64,000 nt of DNA from Bacteroidales bacterium (lineage in GTDB: Bacteria; Bacteroidota; Bacteroidia; Bacteroidales; UBA1402), in contig JAFSRR010000082.1 in NCBI GenBank assembly GCA_017446025.1, positions 11,027 through 75,026 on the forward strand, given 5' to 3'. The position numbers and the translations under genes were made by a program. Of the stretch, positions 9,736 through 19,729 are shown in pieces (positions within the stretch are counted from its first letter, which is position 1; each line of letters begins with the position of its first letter). Under the pieces are notes generated by a model, which ran no database searches, was not told where the DNA came from, and was given only the letters and a program-made list of their open reading frames with translations.

Positions 9736-11292
9736 TTATTCGTTCATATCCACGGCATAGTAGGTCACCTTGCCCGTCGGGTACATACCCACGATAAACA
9801 GGGCTGTTTCACCAAATCCGGCACCGCGTTGGATGTCTTTGACCAGCGATTCAAACTGGCTCACCGACTGGATGCGCTGGTCGTTCACTTTCATGATGAT
9901 GAACCCCTTGCGTACACCGGCCGCCTTGAGCTTGCCGTCGGTCAGACCGGATACCTGGATGCCATAGCTGATGTTGAGCTGCTTCTTGAGCTGATCGGAC
10001 AACTCATTGAAGGCGGCACCTAATACTTCAACGCCGTTATTCTTGACGATCTGTGTATTGCCCTGCAAATTGCGCAGCGTTACGTCGAAACTTTCCTTGT
10101 TCTTGCCGCGGAGGACTTCCACCTTGACCACGTCGCCGGGACGGTACTGGCTGATGCACTCCTGCAACTGGGCGTTGGTGGTCACCTTCTTGTTCTGCAC
10201 CTTGACAATGATGTCGCCTTCCTTGATGCCGGCTTCCTGTGCACCGCTGTGCTCGCCGACAGAGGCCACATAGACACCTTCGACCATATCGATTTTCTTG
10301 TCCTTGGCCAGTTCGGAATTCATCGTCTGGATGGTGACGCCCAGCATGGCACGCTGGACGGAACCGTATTGCTTGAGATCGGTCACCACTTTGCTGACGA
10401 TGCTCACAGGGATGGCGAAGGAATAGCCCGAGAAAGCGCCCGATTTGGAGACAATGGCTGTATTGATGCCCACCAGTTCGCCGCGGGTGTTGACCAGAGC
10501 ACCGCCACTGTTGCCGGGATTGACGGCCGCATCAGTCTGGATGAATGATTCGATACTCAGGTTGGTATTGGTGTTGATGTTGGCGCCGCGCTGGTTGCCG
10601 TTGCTGCCACTGCCGATGATGCCCAGGTTACGTGCCTTGGCGCTGACGATACCGGCCGTCACGGTCGAAGTCAGGTTCAAGGGATTGCCCACGGCCAACA
10701 CCCATTCACCCACCTTCAGTTCGTCTGAATTGCCGAAGGGAATGGTCGGCAGGTCGTTCTCTTCAATCTTGATCAGGGCGATGTCAGTGGTCGGGTCGGT
10801 ACCGATGATCTTGGCGGCATAAGTGCGCTGGTCGTTGGTGGTCACCTCGATCTCGTCGGCCCCTTCCACCACATGGTTGTTGGTGACGATGTAGCCGTCG
10901 CGCGAAATGATCACGCCCGAGCCGTAGCCCACCTGGGGCTGCAACTGCTGCTGACGGGGCTGGTTATAGTCACGGTAACCGAAGAAATACTCGAACAGAT
11001 CGATCGGGCTCTGGCCCTGGGCGGCGCTGCGCACCGTGGTCTTGGACATGATGTGGACCACAGCGTGCACCGAGTTCTCGGCAGCCACCGTAAAATCGGT
11101 AGCGACAGCGGGAACCGCTTCTCCCCTGACCAGCTGGGTCTCTGCCTCAGGACGCTGCGACCAGACGGTTTCCTGCTGACCGACGGCCTCGAGTATCTTT
11201 TCGGAGAATTTGGAAATAACAAAATAAGAAATGCCGATACTGCATGCCAGCACGGCCACAATGATGAAGATGCCTTTAAAAACTTTTTTCAT
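9736..11292 (-). CDS. degP: HtrA/DegP (Do family) serine protease with two PDZ domains
   Basis: GSGVII, TNNHVV, DIALIK, QTDAAVNPGNSGG catalytic motifs; N-terminal TM anchor. Confidence 0.93.
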   Translation of the reverse strand: MKKVFKGIFIIVAVLACSIGISYFVISKFSEKILEAVGQQETVWSQRPEAETQLVRGEAVPAVATDFTVAAENSVHAVVHIMSKTTVRSAAQGQSPIDLFEYFFGYRDYNQPRQQQLQPQVGYGSGVIISRDGYIVTNNHVVEGADEIEVTTNDQRTYAAKIIGTDPTTDIALIKIEENDLPTIPFGNSDELKVGEWVLAVGNPLNLTSTVTAGIVSAKARNLGIIGSGSNGNQRGANINTNTNLSIESFIQTDAAVNPGNSGGALVNTRGELVGINTAIVSKSGAFSGYSFAIPVSIVSKVVTDLKQYGSVQRAMLGVTIQTMNSELAKDKKIDMVEGVYVASVGEHSGAQEAGIKEGDIIVKVQNKKVTTNAQLQECISQYRPGDVVKVEVLRGKNKESFDVTLRNLQGNTQIVKNNGVEVLGAAFNELSDQLKKQLNISYGIQVSGLTDGKLKAAGVRKGFIIMKVNDQRIQSVSQFESLVKDIQRGAGFGETALFIVGMYPTGKVTYYAVDMNE

Positions 11293-11408
11293 GATGCTTG
11301 TTTTTTAGACAGTTGTTGTTTTTGTTTTGGTGATACACATTACAAAAACGATTCCAAACGGAAAATGTTACACAAATGTCAGAAAGAATCAGGATAATGG
11401 GCCGTCAC

Positions 11409-11439
11409 TTTGTCAGTTTGCTGAAAAAACGTACTTTTG
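11409..11439 (+). promoter_or_regulatory. Complete Bacteroidota promoter for rnpB (-33 TTTG, -7 TACTTTTG)
   Basis: TTTG at 11409-11412, 19-bp spacer, TACTTTTG at 11432-11439 just before the RNA. Confidence 0.8.
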
Positions 11440-11445
11440 CGGCGC

Positions 11446-11784
11446 AATAACAGAGAACGCGGCTGTCGCCGGGCCGAAAGGTCGGGAGGAAAGTCCGGGC
11501 AACAAAGGGCACCATACTTCCTAACGGGAAGCTGCTCGCGAGGGCAGAGTCAAGGTAACAGAAAACTACCGCCTCAGGGTAAGGGTGAAAAGGCAGGGTA
11601 AGAGCCTACCGCCGGCAGGGTGATCTGCCGGGCCGTACCACTTATGGGTTGCAAGGCCATGTAAACCGACGTCACGAGGGTTGCCCGCCCCAGTCGGAGG
11701 GTAGGCCGCTGGAACGGCAGGGAGACTTGCCGTCTAGATAAATGACAGCATCACACAGAACCCGGCTTACGGTTCTCTGTTATT
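11446..11784 (+). ncRNA. rnpB: RNase P RNA, bacterial class A
   Basis: GAGGAAAGTCCGGGC near the 5' end, ACAGAACCCGGCTTAC near the 3' end, P1 helix AATAACAGAGAAC/GTTCTCTGTTATT, internal GGGTGAAA..GGTAAGAGC. Confidence 0.97.
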
Positions 11785-11803
11785 TTTTTTAAGACTGGAG
11801 GCT

Positions 11804-13144
11804 ATGGCAAACATAATCAAGAAAACGGAGATCATCGTCACCCGGGTCTGGAACTATGTCACCCGGGATGTATGGCGTGTCGACCTGTCGGCCAGCAAGC
11901 GGAGCCGCTTCGGGCTGGACAACATCATCCGCATCATCTACCTGGCCGGACGCGGATTCCTGGAAAACAAGCTGTCGCTGATGGCCTCTGCCCTCACCTA
12001 TTTCACCCTGCTGTCCTTCGTGCCCTTCCTGAGCCTGATACTGGGCATTGCCAAGGGCTTCGACGCCCAGGAATACCTGCAGGCTGAACTCATCAACCAG
12101 TTTCCCGGTCAGTCGGAAGTGCTCAACCTGGCCTTCGGGCTGGTCGATTCGGTGCTGTCGTATGCCACTAAGGGCGTGGTGGTCGGCATTGGCATCGTGT
12201 TCATCATCTGGTCGCTCTGGGCCATCGTTAGCAACATCGAAAAAAGCTTCAACATGGTCTGGCAGATTTCAAAAGGTCGCAACATCTATCGTAAGTTTAC
12301 CGACCTGCTGGCCGCCCTGTTCATCCTGCCCATCCTGCTGATTCTCTCCTTCGGTGTCACGATCTACCTGAAGACCACCATCGATTCCTCTCCTATCCTC
12401 TCTGCTTTGAGTCCGGTGATGAATGTCGTGGTCAAGAGTATTCCCTATTTCCTGTCCTTCCTGTTGTTCACCTTGATGTACATCATCATTCCCAACACCA
12501 AGGTCAAACTACCCAATGCCCTTTTGGGCGGTCTGTTGGCCGGTATCGCCTACCAGGCCTTCCAATACCTCTACATCAACGGACAGTTGTGGGTGAACCG
12601 CTACAATGCCATCTACGGCAGTTTCGCCGCCATTCCCCTCTTGCTGCTGTGGCTGCAGCTCACATGGACCATCGTGCTGTTCGGGGCAGAAGTTACCTTC
12701 GCCGCCCAGAATCTGAAGAATTACCTCTTCGAGCGGGAAAGCAAGCATATCAGCCAACGCTACCGCTACTTTTTCACCATCCTCATCATGAACGTGGTGT
12801 GCAAACGTTTCGAGCAAGGAGACAAAGCCCTTACGGACGAAGAGATTTCTGAACAATACCACATCCCCATCGGCATTGTCAAACGCCAACTGGACATGCT
12901 CTGTGAGGTCGGTCTGCTGAGCGAAGCCAACAGCAGCGAGGATGATCGCGTACAGGTGTATCAACCGGCCATGGACATCCATCAGATCAGTGTCAGCTTG
13001 ATTTGGCAGAAAATGTTCGAACACGGTGTGGAAGATTTCAAGATGGATCCCAATGAGGAGTATCCCGCTCAATGGAACGCCCTGATCGACATGGAGAACG
13101 CCCTGATCGCCAAAGGCGGCGAATGCCTGGTAAAAGACCTATAA
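11804..13144 (+). CDS. YihY/BrkB family inner-membrane protein with C-terminal winged-helix-like extension
   Basis: ASALTYFTLLSFVP, IEKSFNMVW, YNAIYGSFAAIPLLLLWL..W..VLFGAE. Confidence 0.9.
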   Translation: MANIIKKTEIIVTRVWNYVTRDVWRVDLSASKRSRFGLDNIIRIIYLAGRGFLENKLSLMASALTYFTLLSFVPFLSLILGIAKGFDAQEYLQAELINQFPGQSEVLNLAFGLVDSVLSYATKGVVVGIGIVFIIWSLWAIVSNIEKSFNMVWQISKGRNIYRKFTDLLAALFILPILLILSFGVTIYLKTTIDSSPILSALSPVMNVVVKSIPYFLSFLLFTLMYIIIPNTKVKLPNALLGGLLAGIAYQAFQYLYINGQLWVNRYNAIYGSFAAIPLLLLWLQLTWTIVLFGAEVTFAAQNLKNYLFERESKHISQRYRYFFTILIMNVVCKRFEQGDKALTDEEISEQYHIPIGIVKRQLDMLCEVGLLSEANSSEDDRVQVYQPAMDIHQISVSLIWQKMFEHGVEDFKMDPNEEYPAQWNALIDMENALIAKGGECLVKDL

Positions 13145-13165
13145 CCATCTCAAAATAAAAGTATT

Positions 13166-13765
13166 ATGGCAAAATCTATTAGCAAAAGCACTCTGATTCT
13201 GATTGCAGTCATTGCTGTCATTGCCCTCTGGGGTGTCTCCACCTACAATTCCCTGGTTACAGCCGACGAAAGCGTCACCAATGCCTGGTCGCAGGTAGAA
13301 AACGTATATCAGCGTCGCATGGACCTGATTCCCAACCTGGTCAAAACCGTACAGGGAGCCGCAGATTTCGAGCGCAACACCCTGAGCGATGTCATTGAAG
13401 CACGTTCCAAAGCTTCATCGGTCCAGATCGATGCCAACAACCTGACCGAAGAGAACCTGGCTGCCTTCCAGCAGGCTCAGGATGGTCTGAGTGCCGCCCT
13501 GAACCGCCTGATGGTCGTTGTGGAGCGCTATCCCGAACTTAAGGCTAATCAGAACTTCATTGAACTGCAGTCGCAGCTCGAAGGCACCGAAAACCGCATC
13601 ACCGTGGAGCGTCAGAAATACAACGACGTGGTCAAGACCTATAACGCCGGTGTCCGTAAATTCCCGCGCAACATCATCGCCTCGTTGTTCAATTTCGACA
13701 CCAAGGCCTATTTCAAGGCTGCCGAAGGTGCTGACAAGGCCCCCGAAGTCGATTTCAATTTCTAA
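13166..13765 (+). CDS. lemA: LemA family protein
   Basis: WSQVENVYQRRMDLIPNLV, VVERYPELKANQNF, EGTENRI. Confidence 0.95.
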   Translation: MAKSISKSTLILIAVIAVIALWGVSTYNSLVTADESVTNAWSQVENVYQRRMDLIPNLVKTVQGAADFERNTLSDVIEARSKASSVQIDANNLTEENLAAFQQAQDGLSAALNRLMVVVERYPELKANQNFIELQSQLEGTENRITVERQKYNDVVKTYNAGVRKFPRNIIASLFNFDTKAYFKAAEGADKAPEVDFNF

Positions 13766-13786
13766 GCATCAACCTGCCGGCCTGTC

Positions 13787-14581
13787 ATGAGGCATATTGT
13801 CAACAGACGGTTTCTGACGGTCCTCACCGTGCTGCTCACATGCGGCATGGGGCTGCCGTCGGCCCAAGTGCCTGAAAAGCCCTACCCGCCCCGTTTGGTC
13901 AACGATCTGGCAGGCATGCTGACACAGGCAGAAAACGACTCCCTGGAAGAGGAACTGGTCAAGTACGATTTCCGCACTTCCACCCAGATCTGCGTCGTTA
14001 CGCTCAACGACCTGGGCGGCATGGACATCATGAGCCTGGCCTACAAAATCGGCGAAAGCTGGGGTGTGGGCAACGAGGCCAACAACGGTGTAGTGTTGCT
14101 CATCAAGAACAAGACGCGCGACAGCCGTGGCGAAGTGGCCATTGCCACCGGCTACGGTACGGAAGGCATCCTGACCGATGCCGTGTGCCGTCGGCTCATC
14201 GAGGACGACATCCTGCCCCACTTCCGTGAAGGCCGAAGCTACGAAGGAATCCATCAAGCCTGTCAACATATTGAGGGGCTGCTGGATGGAGAGTTTGAAT
14301 TCGAGGAGGAAGAGCCTGATATTTGGGTGGTCTTTGGTATCATGATCATCCTGGCCATCGTGGCCATCGTCTTTTTTGCCCTGCTCATCAAATACAGCAA
14401 GAACCACCCCGACGGCGGTGGCGGCAAAGGCCCGACCATCATCATCGGCCCGGGCAGCGGTCTCTTTGGCGGTGGCGGCCGCTCAGGACTGGGCAGCTTC
14501 GGCGGTGGCGGATTCAGCGGTGGATTCGGAGGCTTCGGCGGCGGTCACTTCGGTGGCGGCGGCGCCCACGGAAGCTGGTGA
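13787..14581 (+). CDS. TPM-domain protein (YgcG-like) with Gly-rich tail
   Basis: VNDLAGML, WGVG..NNGVVLLI, ATGYGTEG.LTD, TM helix, C-terminal GGGHFGGGGAHGSW. Confidence 0.92.
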   Translation: MRHIVNRRFLTVLTVLLTCGMGLPSAQVPEKPYPPRLVNDLAGMLTQAENDSLEEELVKYDFRTSTQICVVTLNDLGGMDIMSLAYKIGESWGVGNEANNGVVLLIKNKTRDSRGEVAIATGYGTEGILTDAVCRRLIEDDILPHFREGRSYEGIHQACQHIEGLLDGEFEFEEEEPDIWVVFGIMIILAIVAIVFFALLIKYSKNHPDGGGGKGPTIIIGPGSGLFGGGGRSGLGSFGGGGFSGGFGGFGGGHFGGGGAHGSW

Positions 14582-14586
14582 AGCAA

Positions 14587-15195
14587 TTATTCCTTGGAGA
14601 GCTGAATCATGCGGCTGATGTACTTGCCGACGATGTCAAATTCGAGGTTGACCACCGTGCCCACTTCGATTTGCGAGAAATTGGTATGATCGTGGGTATA
14701 GGGAATGATGGCCACTGAGAAACGGTCTTTTTCGCTGTCGCAAACCGTCAGACTGACCCCGTTCACGCAGACTGAGCCCTTTTCCACCGTTATGTAGCCC
14801 TGGCGGGCCATCTCCGGATCAAATATATATTCAAAGGTATAGCGCCAGCTGCCGTCCGTTTCCTCAACATCGGTGCAGACGGCTGTCCGGTCCACATGGC
14901 CCTGCACGATGTGGCCGTCCAGGCGACCGTTCACCCGCATGCTGCGTTCCAGGTTGACCAGATCGCCCACCTGCAAGAGTCCCAGGTTGCTGCGGTCGAG
15001 CGTTTCCTGCACGGCCGTGACGGTGTATTCGTCTCCCTTGATATCCACCACCGTCAGGCAGACTCCGTTGTGGGCCACACTCTGGTCGATGGACAATTCG
15101 CCGGTAAAGGAGCAACTAAGCGTCAGATGCAGATTGCCCTCTTCCCTTCTCAGGCCGGTCACCCGGGCCGCTTCTTCTACAATTCCTGAAAACAT
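14587..15195 (-). CDS. ribE: Riboflavin synthase (alpha chain)
   Basis: MFSGIVE start, NGVCLTV, VNLER, GHIVQGHVD, VNLEFD. Confidence 0.96.
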   Translation of the reverse strand: MFSGIVEEAARVTGLRREEGNLHLTLSCSFTGELSIDQSVAHNGVCLTVVDIKGDEYTVTAVQETLDRSNLGLLQVGDLVNLERSMRVNGRLDGHIVQGHVDRTAVCTDVEETDGSWRYTFEYIFDPEMARQGYITVEKGSVCVNGVSLTVCDSEKDRFSVAIIPYTHDHTNFSQIEVGTVVNLEFDIVGKYISRMIQLSKE

Positions 15196-15216
15196 GATGC
15201 AAGTCTTTTATTGAGA

Positions 15217-15298
15217 CAAAGATAAATCTTTTTGTCGAGATAATATTGAAAAAAGTCGGTCGCAAGTATTGTCGGGAAGCAAAAATAAGCTACCTTTG
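15217..15298. promoter_or_regulatory. Divergent promoters for riboflavin synthase (-) and tRNA-His (+)
   Basis: TATCTTTG on the minus strand at 15217-15224; TACCTTTG on the plus strand at 15291-15298. Confidence 0.7.
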
Positions 15299-15337
15299 CA
15301 GCCGAATTCGAAAGCAGTTTCCCTGCATTTCGTACAT

Positions 15338-15412
15338 GGTGGATGTAGCTCAGTTGGTTAGAGCACTGGATTGTGGTTCCAGGTGTCGAGGGTTCGAGTC
15401 CCTTCTTCCACC
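15338..15412 (+). tRNA. tRNA-His (GTG), G-1 encoded, CCA not encoded
   Basis: GGTGGATGTAGCTCAGTTGGTTAGAGC D-arm, anticodon arm CTGGA-TTGTGGT-TCCAG, T-loop GGTTCGAGTCC, 3' TTCCACC. Confidence 0.97.
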
Positions 15413-15418
15413 CCTTCC

Positions 15419-15452
15419 AAGGCCGACATTTCAAGTCGGCCTTTTTCTTTTT
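15419..15452 (+). terminator. Intrinsic terminator after tRNA-His
   Basis: AAGGCCGAC/GTCGGCCTT stem followed by a T-rich tract. Confidence 0.85.
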
Positions 15453-15471
15453 CCAGCCCGGGACTTGAAAG

Positions 15472-16458
15472 CTATTTGATCTTGACCACGCGAATGCCCG
15501 TAAAGCGGCGGATGTCGGCCAAATAGTCGCAAAGGGGTTCGGGAGAAACCATTACCCGGTGGCCCGACGATGAAGCATGCAGCAGATGCAGTCGCCCATC
15601 CTGGTAATGGGCAAAGCCCAGGTGGCCGATGTCCATGCCATCGACCGCCGTATCGATCATGATGATATCGCCCTCCGCCAGCCGGGCCACCAAACGCTCA
15701 CGGGCATCGGCGAGTCGGTCTTGCAACAAGGCTATCCCCTCCTCTCTGACCATTTCCTGCGGAATATAGCAGGTGGTATCCATCTCATTGAGGCGCTGTT
15801 CGATCTGCTCCATCTTCTTGACGAAGGCAGGATGCGCCACCAACATGGGATACAGCTCCGAATTCCATGTCATGAAGTAGATATCGTGACCTGAGGGGAT
15901 GCTGGAATAGCGCGGCGTGACATCCTCGACCAAGCCCATGCGCTGGTTGTCGAGCAGCCATTCGGTGGTATAGTGCAGGCGGGTCGTATAATCACCCATG
16001 TCACCGCCACGGTAGCGCAGCAACACTATCATGTAGGGATAGGCCTCGGCGCCCTGCTGCAGCCGTATCAGGTGACAGAGGGCCGTGACATTCTCCACCA
16101 GCGTCACACAGTCCAGTTCGCGCAGATTGACCACCAAACGCTCGTTGCCCCGCTCGTCGTTGTTTTCCAGCGTTCCGCCCACATAGGGCACATCAAGGAA
16201 CAGCGGCAGCAGGCTGTCAAGCACACAGGCTTCGTCCCAGGCATTCTCGCGGGCCCGCGACAAGATAGAAGCCACGATGGCGCTGTCCTCCGCTCCCATG
16301 CAAGAGAGCAGCTCGGGACGGGCCAGGCGCAGGGAATCCAACTTTTCGGACAAGGAACCAGTCACCGCCGGACGACTCTGGCAGGAGAGCGGCAGCAACA
16401 GACCGACTGTCAGCAGACAGAACGATACAGCAGCGACAAACGACCGACGGAGTGACAT
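15472..16458 (-). CDS. DUF1460 NlpC/P60-like N-acetylmuramoyl-L-alanine amidase lipoprotein
   Basis: Lipobox-like LPLSC; PYVGGTLE, LDCVTLVE (catalytic Cys), RLHY, GHLG, LLHASS, GIRV. Confidence 0.88.
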   Translation of the reverse strand: MSLRRSFVAAVSFCLLTVGLLLPLSCQSRPAVTGSLSEKLDSLRLARPELLSCMGAEDSAIVASILSRARENAWDEACVLDSLLPLFLDVPYVGGTLENNDERGNERLVVNLRELDCVTLVENVTALCHLIRLQQGAEAYPYMIVLLRYRGGDMGDYTTRLHYTTEWLLDNQRMGLVEDVTPRYSSIPSGHDIYFMTWNSELYPMLVAHPAFVKKMEQIEQRLNEMDTTCYIPQEMVREEGIALLQDRLADARERLVARLAEGDIIMIDTAVDGMDIGHLGFAHYQDGRLHLLHASSSGHRVMVSPEPLCDYLADIRRFTGIRVVKIK

Positions 16459-16468
16459 GGAAACGATA

Positions 16469-17347
16469 TCAATAAATAGCCTTGGCTCCGGCCAACAGCG
16501 TGTTCTTCATCAGCGAGACGATGGTCATCGGACCCACGCCGCCGGGCACGGGCGTGATGTAGGCGCACTTGGGGGCGACGGCATCGAAATCGACATCACC
16601 GGTCAGCTTGAAGCCGCTCTTGGTCAGCGTGGAAGGTACACGGGTGGTCCCCACGTCGATGACCGTGGCACCTTCTTTGACCATATCCTCTTTCAGGAAA
16701 TGCGGACGGCCCAGGGCGCAGACGATGATATCGGCCGAGAGGCACTGCTGCTTGATATCGGTGGAATAACTGTGGACCACCGTTACCGTGGCATTGCCGG
16801 GATAGTCCTTGCGCATAAGCAGGTTGGCCAGGGGCTTGCCGACGATGTTGCTGCGGCCGATGATGACCACGTGCTTGCCGGCAGTCTCTATCTTATAGCG
16901 GCGCAACAGTTCCAGGATGCCGGCCGGTGTGGCCGACAAAAAGGAAGGCAGCCCGATGCAGGCACGGCCCACGTTGACCGGATGGAAGCCGTCCACATCC
17001 TTGCGATAATCGATGGCTTCGACAATTTTCTGCTCGTCGATATGCTTTGGCAGCGGCAGCTGTACGATAAATCCATCCACTTCCGGATCACGGTTCAAAC
17101 CATCGATGGCAGCCAGCAGTTCGGCTTCCGACACCGTTTCCTCAAAACGGATCAACGAGGACTTGAATCCACAGACGGCACAAGCCTTGATCTTGTTGGC
17201 CACATAAGTTTCACTACCTCCGTCATGGCCCACTAAAATGGCAGCCAGATGCGGAGCACGACGGCCCTGGGCCACCATTTGGGCCACTTCAGCAGCGATT
17301 TCCTGCTTCACCTGTTCGGCAACAACCTTTCCATCAATTAATTGCAT
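16469..17347 (-). CDS. folD: Bifunctional methylene-THF dehydrogenase/cyclohydrolase
   Basis: [39 protein letters not shown]. Confidence 0.97.
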   Translation of the reverse strand: MQLIDGKVVAEQVKQEIAAEVAQMVAQGRRAPHLAAILVGHDGGSETYVANKIKACAVCGFKSSLIRFEETVSEAELLAAIDGLNRDPEVDGFIVQLPLPKHIDEQKIVEAIDYRKDVDGFHPVNVGRACIGLPSFLSATPAGILELLRRYKIETAGKHVVIIGRSNIVGKPLANLLMRKDYPGNATVTVVHSYSTDIKQQCLSADIIVCALGRPHFLKEDMVKEGATVIDVGTTRVPSTLTKSGFKLTGDVDFDAVAPKCAYITPVPGGVGPMTIVSLMKNTLLAGAKAIY

Positions 17348-17373
17348 AAATCTTATGATTAGTATGTGAATAA

Positions 17374-18702
17374 TTATCTTCTCTTCTTGCCACCATGCAT
17401 CTTGGCTCCTGGCTTGGCCTGCGAGACCATTTTCATCATCTTGCGAGTCTCGTCGAAACGTTTCATCAGGTTGTTCACCTCCTGGATGGAAGTGCCGCTG
17501 CCCTTGGCGATGCGCTGACGGCGGCTGGTGGCAATCGCCTCGGGATGTTCGCGTTCGTAGGGCGTCATCGAATTGATGATGGCTTCGATATTCTTGAAGG
17601 CATCGTCGTCGATATCCACATTCTTCATTGCCTTGCCCACGCCGGGAATCATCGAGGCCAGGTCCTTGAGGTTGCCCATCTTCTTGATCTGGTTGATTTG
17701 TGCCCGGAAATCGTTGAAATCGAACTGGTTCTTGGCAATTTTCTTATGCAGGCGACGGGCCTCTTCTTCGTCATACTGTTCCTGGGCCTTCTCCACCAAC
17801 GAGACAACGTCGCCCATGCCCAGGATACGGTCGGCCATGCGCTTGGGGTGGAAAACATCGATGGCTTCGGGTTTTTCGCCCGTGCCGACAAACTTGATGG
17901 GCTTCTCCACCACGCTGCGGATCGACAAGGCGGCACCGCCGCGGGTGTCACCGTCGAGCTTGGTCAGGACCACGCCGGTAAAATCGAGCCGGTCGTTGAA
18001 TTCCTTAGCCGTGTTGACGGCATCCTGACCGGTCATCGAATCAACCACGAACAGGATTTCGTTGGGCCGGACGGCCTGCTTGATGGCGGCGATCTCTGCC
18101 ATCATCAGTTCATCGACCGCCAGTCGACCGGCCGTATCGATGATCACCACGTCGTTGCCGTTTTGACGGGCAAACTTGATGGCATTCTCGGCTATCTTGA
18201 CGGGGTTCTTTTCCCCTTCCTCGGTATAGACCGGCACACCGATTTGCTCGCCCAACACCTTGAGCTGTTCGATGGCGGCGGGACGATACACGTCGCAGGC
18301 GGCCAGTAGAGGATGACGGCCGCGTTTGTGTAGCAGCAGGTTGGCCAGTTTGCTGGAGAAAGTGGTCTTACCGGAGCCCTGCAGACCTGCCATCAGAATG
18401 ACAGCCGGACTGCCCTTGACATCGATATCGACGCTCTCGCCGCCCATCAGGCGGGCCAGTTCGTCGTGGACAATCTTGACCATCATCTCCTGAGGCTTGA
18501 CAGCGGTCAATACCTGCTGACCCAGGGCTTTTTCCTTCACCTCATCGGTAAACTGCTTGGCGGTCTTGTAGTTGACGTCGGCATCCAACAAGGCCCGACG
18601 CACATCTTTCAGGGTATCAGCGACATTGATGTCGGTTATCCTACCTTGGCCTTTTAGTATCTTAAAGGAACGCTCCAAGCGCTCGGTCAAATTCTCAAAC
18701 AT
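17374..18702 (-). CDS. ffh: Signal recognition particle protein
   Basis: [34 protein letters not shown], Met-rich C-terminal domain. Confidence 0.98.
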   Translation of the reverse strand: MFENLTERLERSFKILKGQGRITDINVADTLKDVRRALLDADVNYKTAKQFTDEVKEKALGQQVLTAVKPQEMMVKIVHDELARLMGGESVDIDVKGSPAVILMAGLQGSGKTTFSSKLANLLLHKRGRHPLLAACDVYRPAAIEQLKVLGEQIGVPVYTEEGEKNPVKIAENAIKFARQNGNDVVIIDTAGRLAVDELMMAEIAAIKQAVRPNEILFVVDSMTGQDAVNTAKEFNDRLDFTGVVLTKLDGDTRGGAALSIRSVVEKPIKFVGTGEKPEAIDVFHPKRMADRILGMGDVVSLVEKAQEQYDEEEARRLHKKIAKNQFDFNDFRAQINQIKKMGNLKDLASMIPGVGKAMKNVDIDDDAFKNIEAIINSMTPYEREHPEAIATSRRQRIAKGSGTSIQEVNNLMKRFDETRKMMKMVSQAKPGAKMHGGKKRR

Positions 18703-18742
18703 AGTCTCTACTCTTTTTAATTTCTATCTCTGTATCAATTTC

Positions 18743-19729
18743 TTATTCACTATAGAAAATCACATCGTCCTGGGCTGGATGCAGGAATTCATATTCCAAG
18801 GTCCGACTCAGGCCGTCGGCCAATGTATAGGGCGCCTGGAAATGCTCGTGGGCCTTGACCGAGGCAAACTGGGTGGTCGAACAGAATTTCTTCACCCGGA
18901 TGCTGCTCACCGAGAGTTTCTTTCGCAGCACGAAGGCCAGGGCGTCGAAGCAATAACCGCCGGCCATACCCAGCCAATAGGGGAAATGGATCATCGGAAT
19001 CTTCCGGCCCAGTACCCGGCTCACCAGGGGAATCAGCTCGTTCATGCTGAAATCGGGCTTGTCGACATAGTTGAAGACGTTATACCCTTCCATCTGGTTT
19101 TCAATCAGGTGCTTGACAAAAGCCACCACATTGCCCACATAGGCCATGGACTTGACATTGTCGCCCTTGCCCACCATCAGGAAACGGCCGCCGGCGATCT
19201 GATGCAGCAGATTATAGACATTGCCCCGGTTGCGTTCGCCGAAAATAACCGTCGGACGCAAGATGTTGATGTTCCAGTCGGGGTGGGCGGGATACCAGGC
19301 CTGCAAGACCTGCTCGGCCTGCCATTTGCTCTTGCCGTAATGGTTGAAAGGATCGGCCGGGAAATCTTCGTCGGGATTGGGCTTGTTCATGCCGTAGATA
19401 GCCACCGATGAGAAGAAAACCAGCCGCTTGACGCCGTTTTTCTCCATGGCAGAGAGCGTATTGCGCATGCCGCCCACATTGACATCGTAATAGAGCGAGG
19501 TCGGCGTCACATCGTCGCGGTGTTCGGCAGCCAGCAGCACGACCAGGTCGGTGCCTGCCAGCAGGCGGTCCAGGGCCTCCTGGTCCAGGACATTGGCGAT
19601 GACAGTGATTTCAGGGAAAAAACGGCTCTGCTGCTTGTCGATGTTAAGCAGTTCGTAGGAAGACTCCTTCAGAAGATTCATGAGCCGGGAGCCGACAAAG
19701 CCCGAAGCGCCGATGAGCGTTATTTTCAT
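18743..19729 (-). CDS. gnu: SDR epimerase of the Gnu type (GlcNAc-PP-undecaprenol 4-epimerase-like)
   Basis: Start reassigned to MKITLIGASGFVG; LLAAEHRDDV.PTSLYYDVNV, YGKSKWQAE, RPTVIFGERNRGNVYNLL, RVKKFC.TTQF all match my recollection of E. coli O157 Gnu (not aligned). Confidence 0.8.
   Translation of the reverse strand: MKITLIGASGFVGSRLMNLLKESSYELLNIDKQQSRFFPEITVIANVLDQEALDRLLAGTDLVVLLAAEHRDDVTPTSLYYDVNVGGMRNTLSAMEKNGVKRLVFFSSVAIYGMNKPNPDEDFPADPFNHYGKSKWQAEQVLQAWYPAHPDWNINILRPTVIFGERNRGNVYNLLHQIAGGRFLMVGKGDNVKSMAYVGNVVAFVKHLIENQMEGYNVFNYVDKPDFSMNELIPLVSRVLGRKIPMIHFPYWLGMAGGYCFDALAFVLRKKLSVSSIRVKKFCSTTQFASVKAHEHFQAPYTLADGLSRTLEYEFLHPAQDDVIFYSE

Noticed and set aside
11327-11524. 65-aa ORF overlapping the htrA/rnpB intergenic region
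   Set aside because: It overlaps the RNase P RNA and its promoter, so it is spurious
11796-11803. GGAGG Shine-Dalgarno-like motif before yihY
   Set aside because: Only 2 nt from the ATG, and Bacteroidota generally do not use SD pairing; likely chance
14410-14581. GGC-rich repeat tract
   Set aside because: Ordinary Gly-rich tail of TPM-domain proteins
15196-15290. Possible FMN riboswitch upstream of riboflavin synthase
   Set aside because: The promoter is about 20 bp from the start and no RFN consensus is present
15338-15470. tRNA-His as a possible integration site
   Set aside because: No integrase and no duplicated tRNA 3' end in the window; a terminator and core genes follow directly
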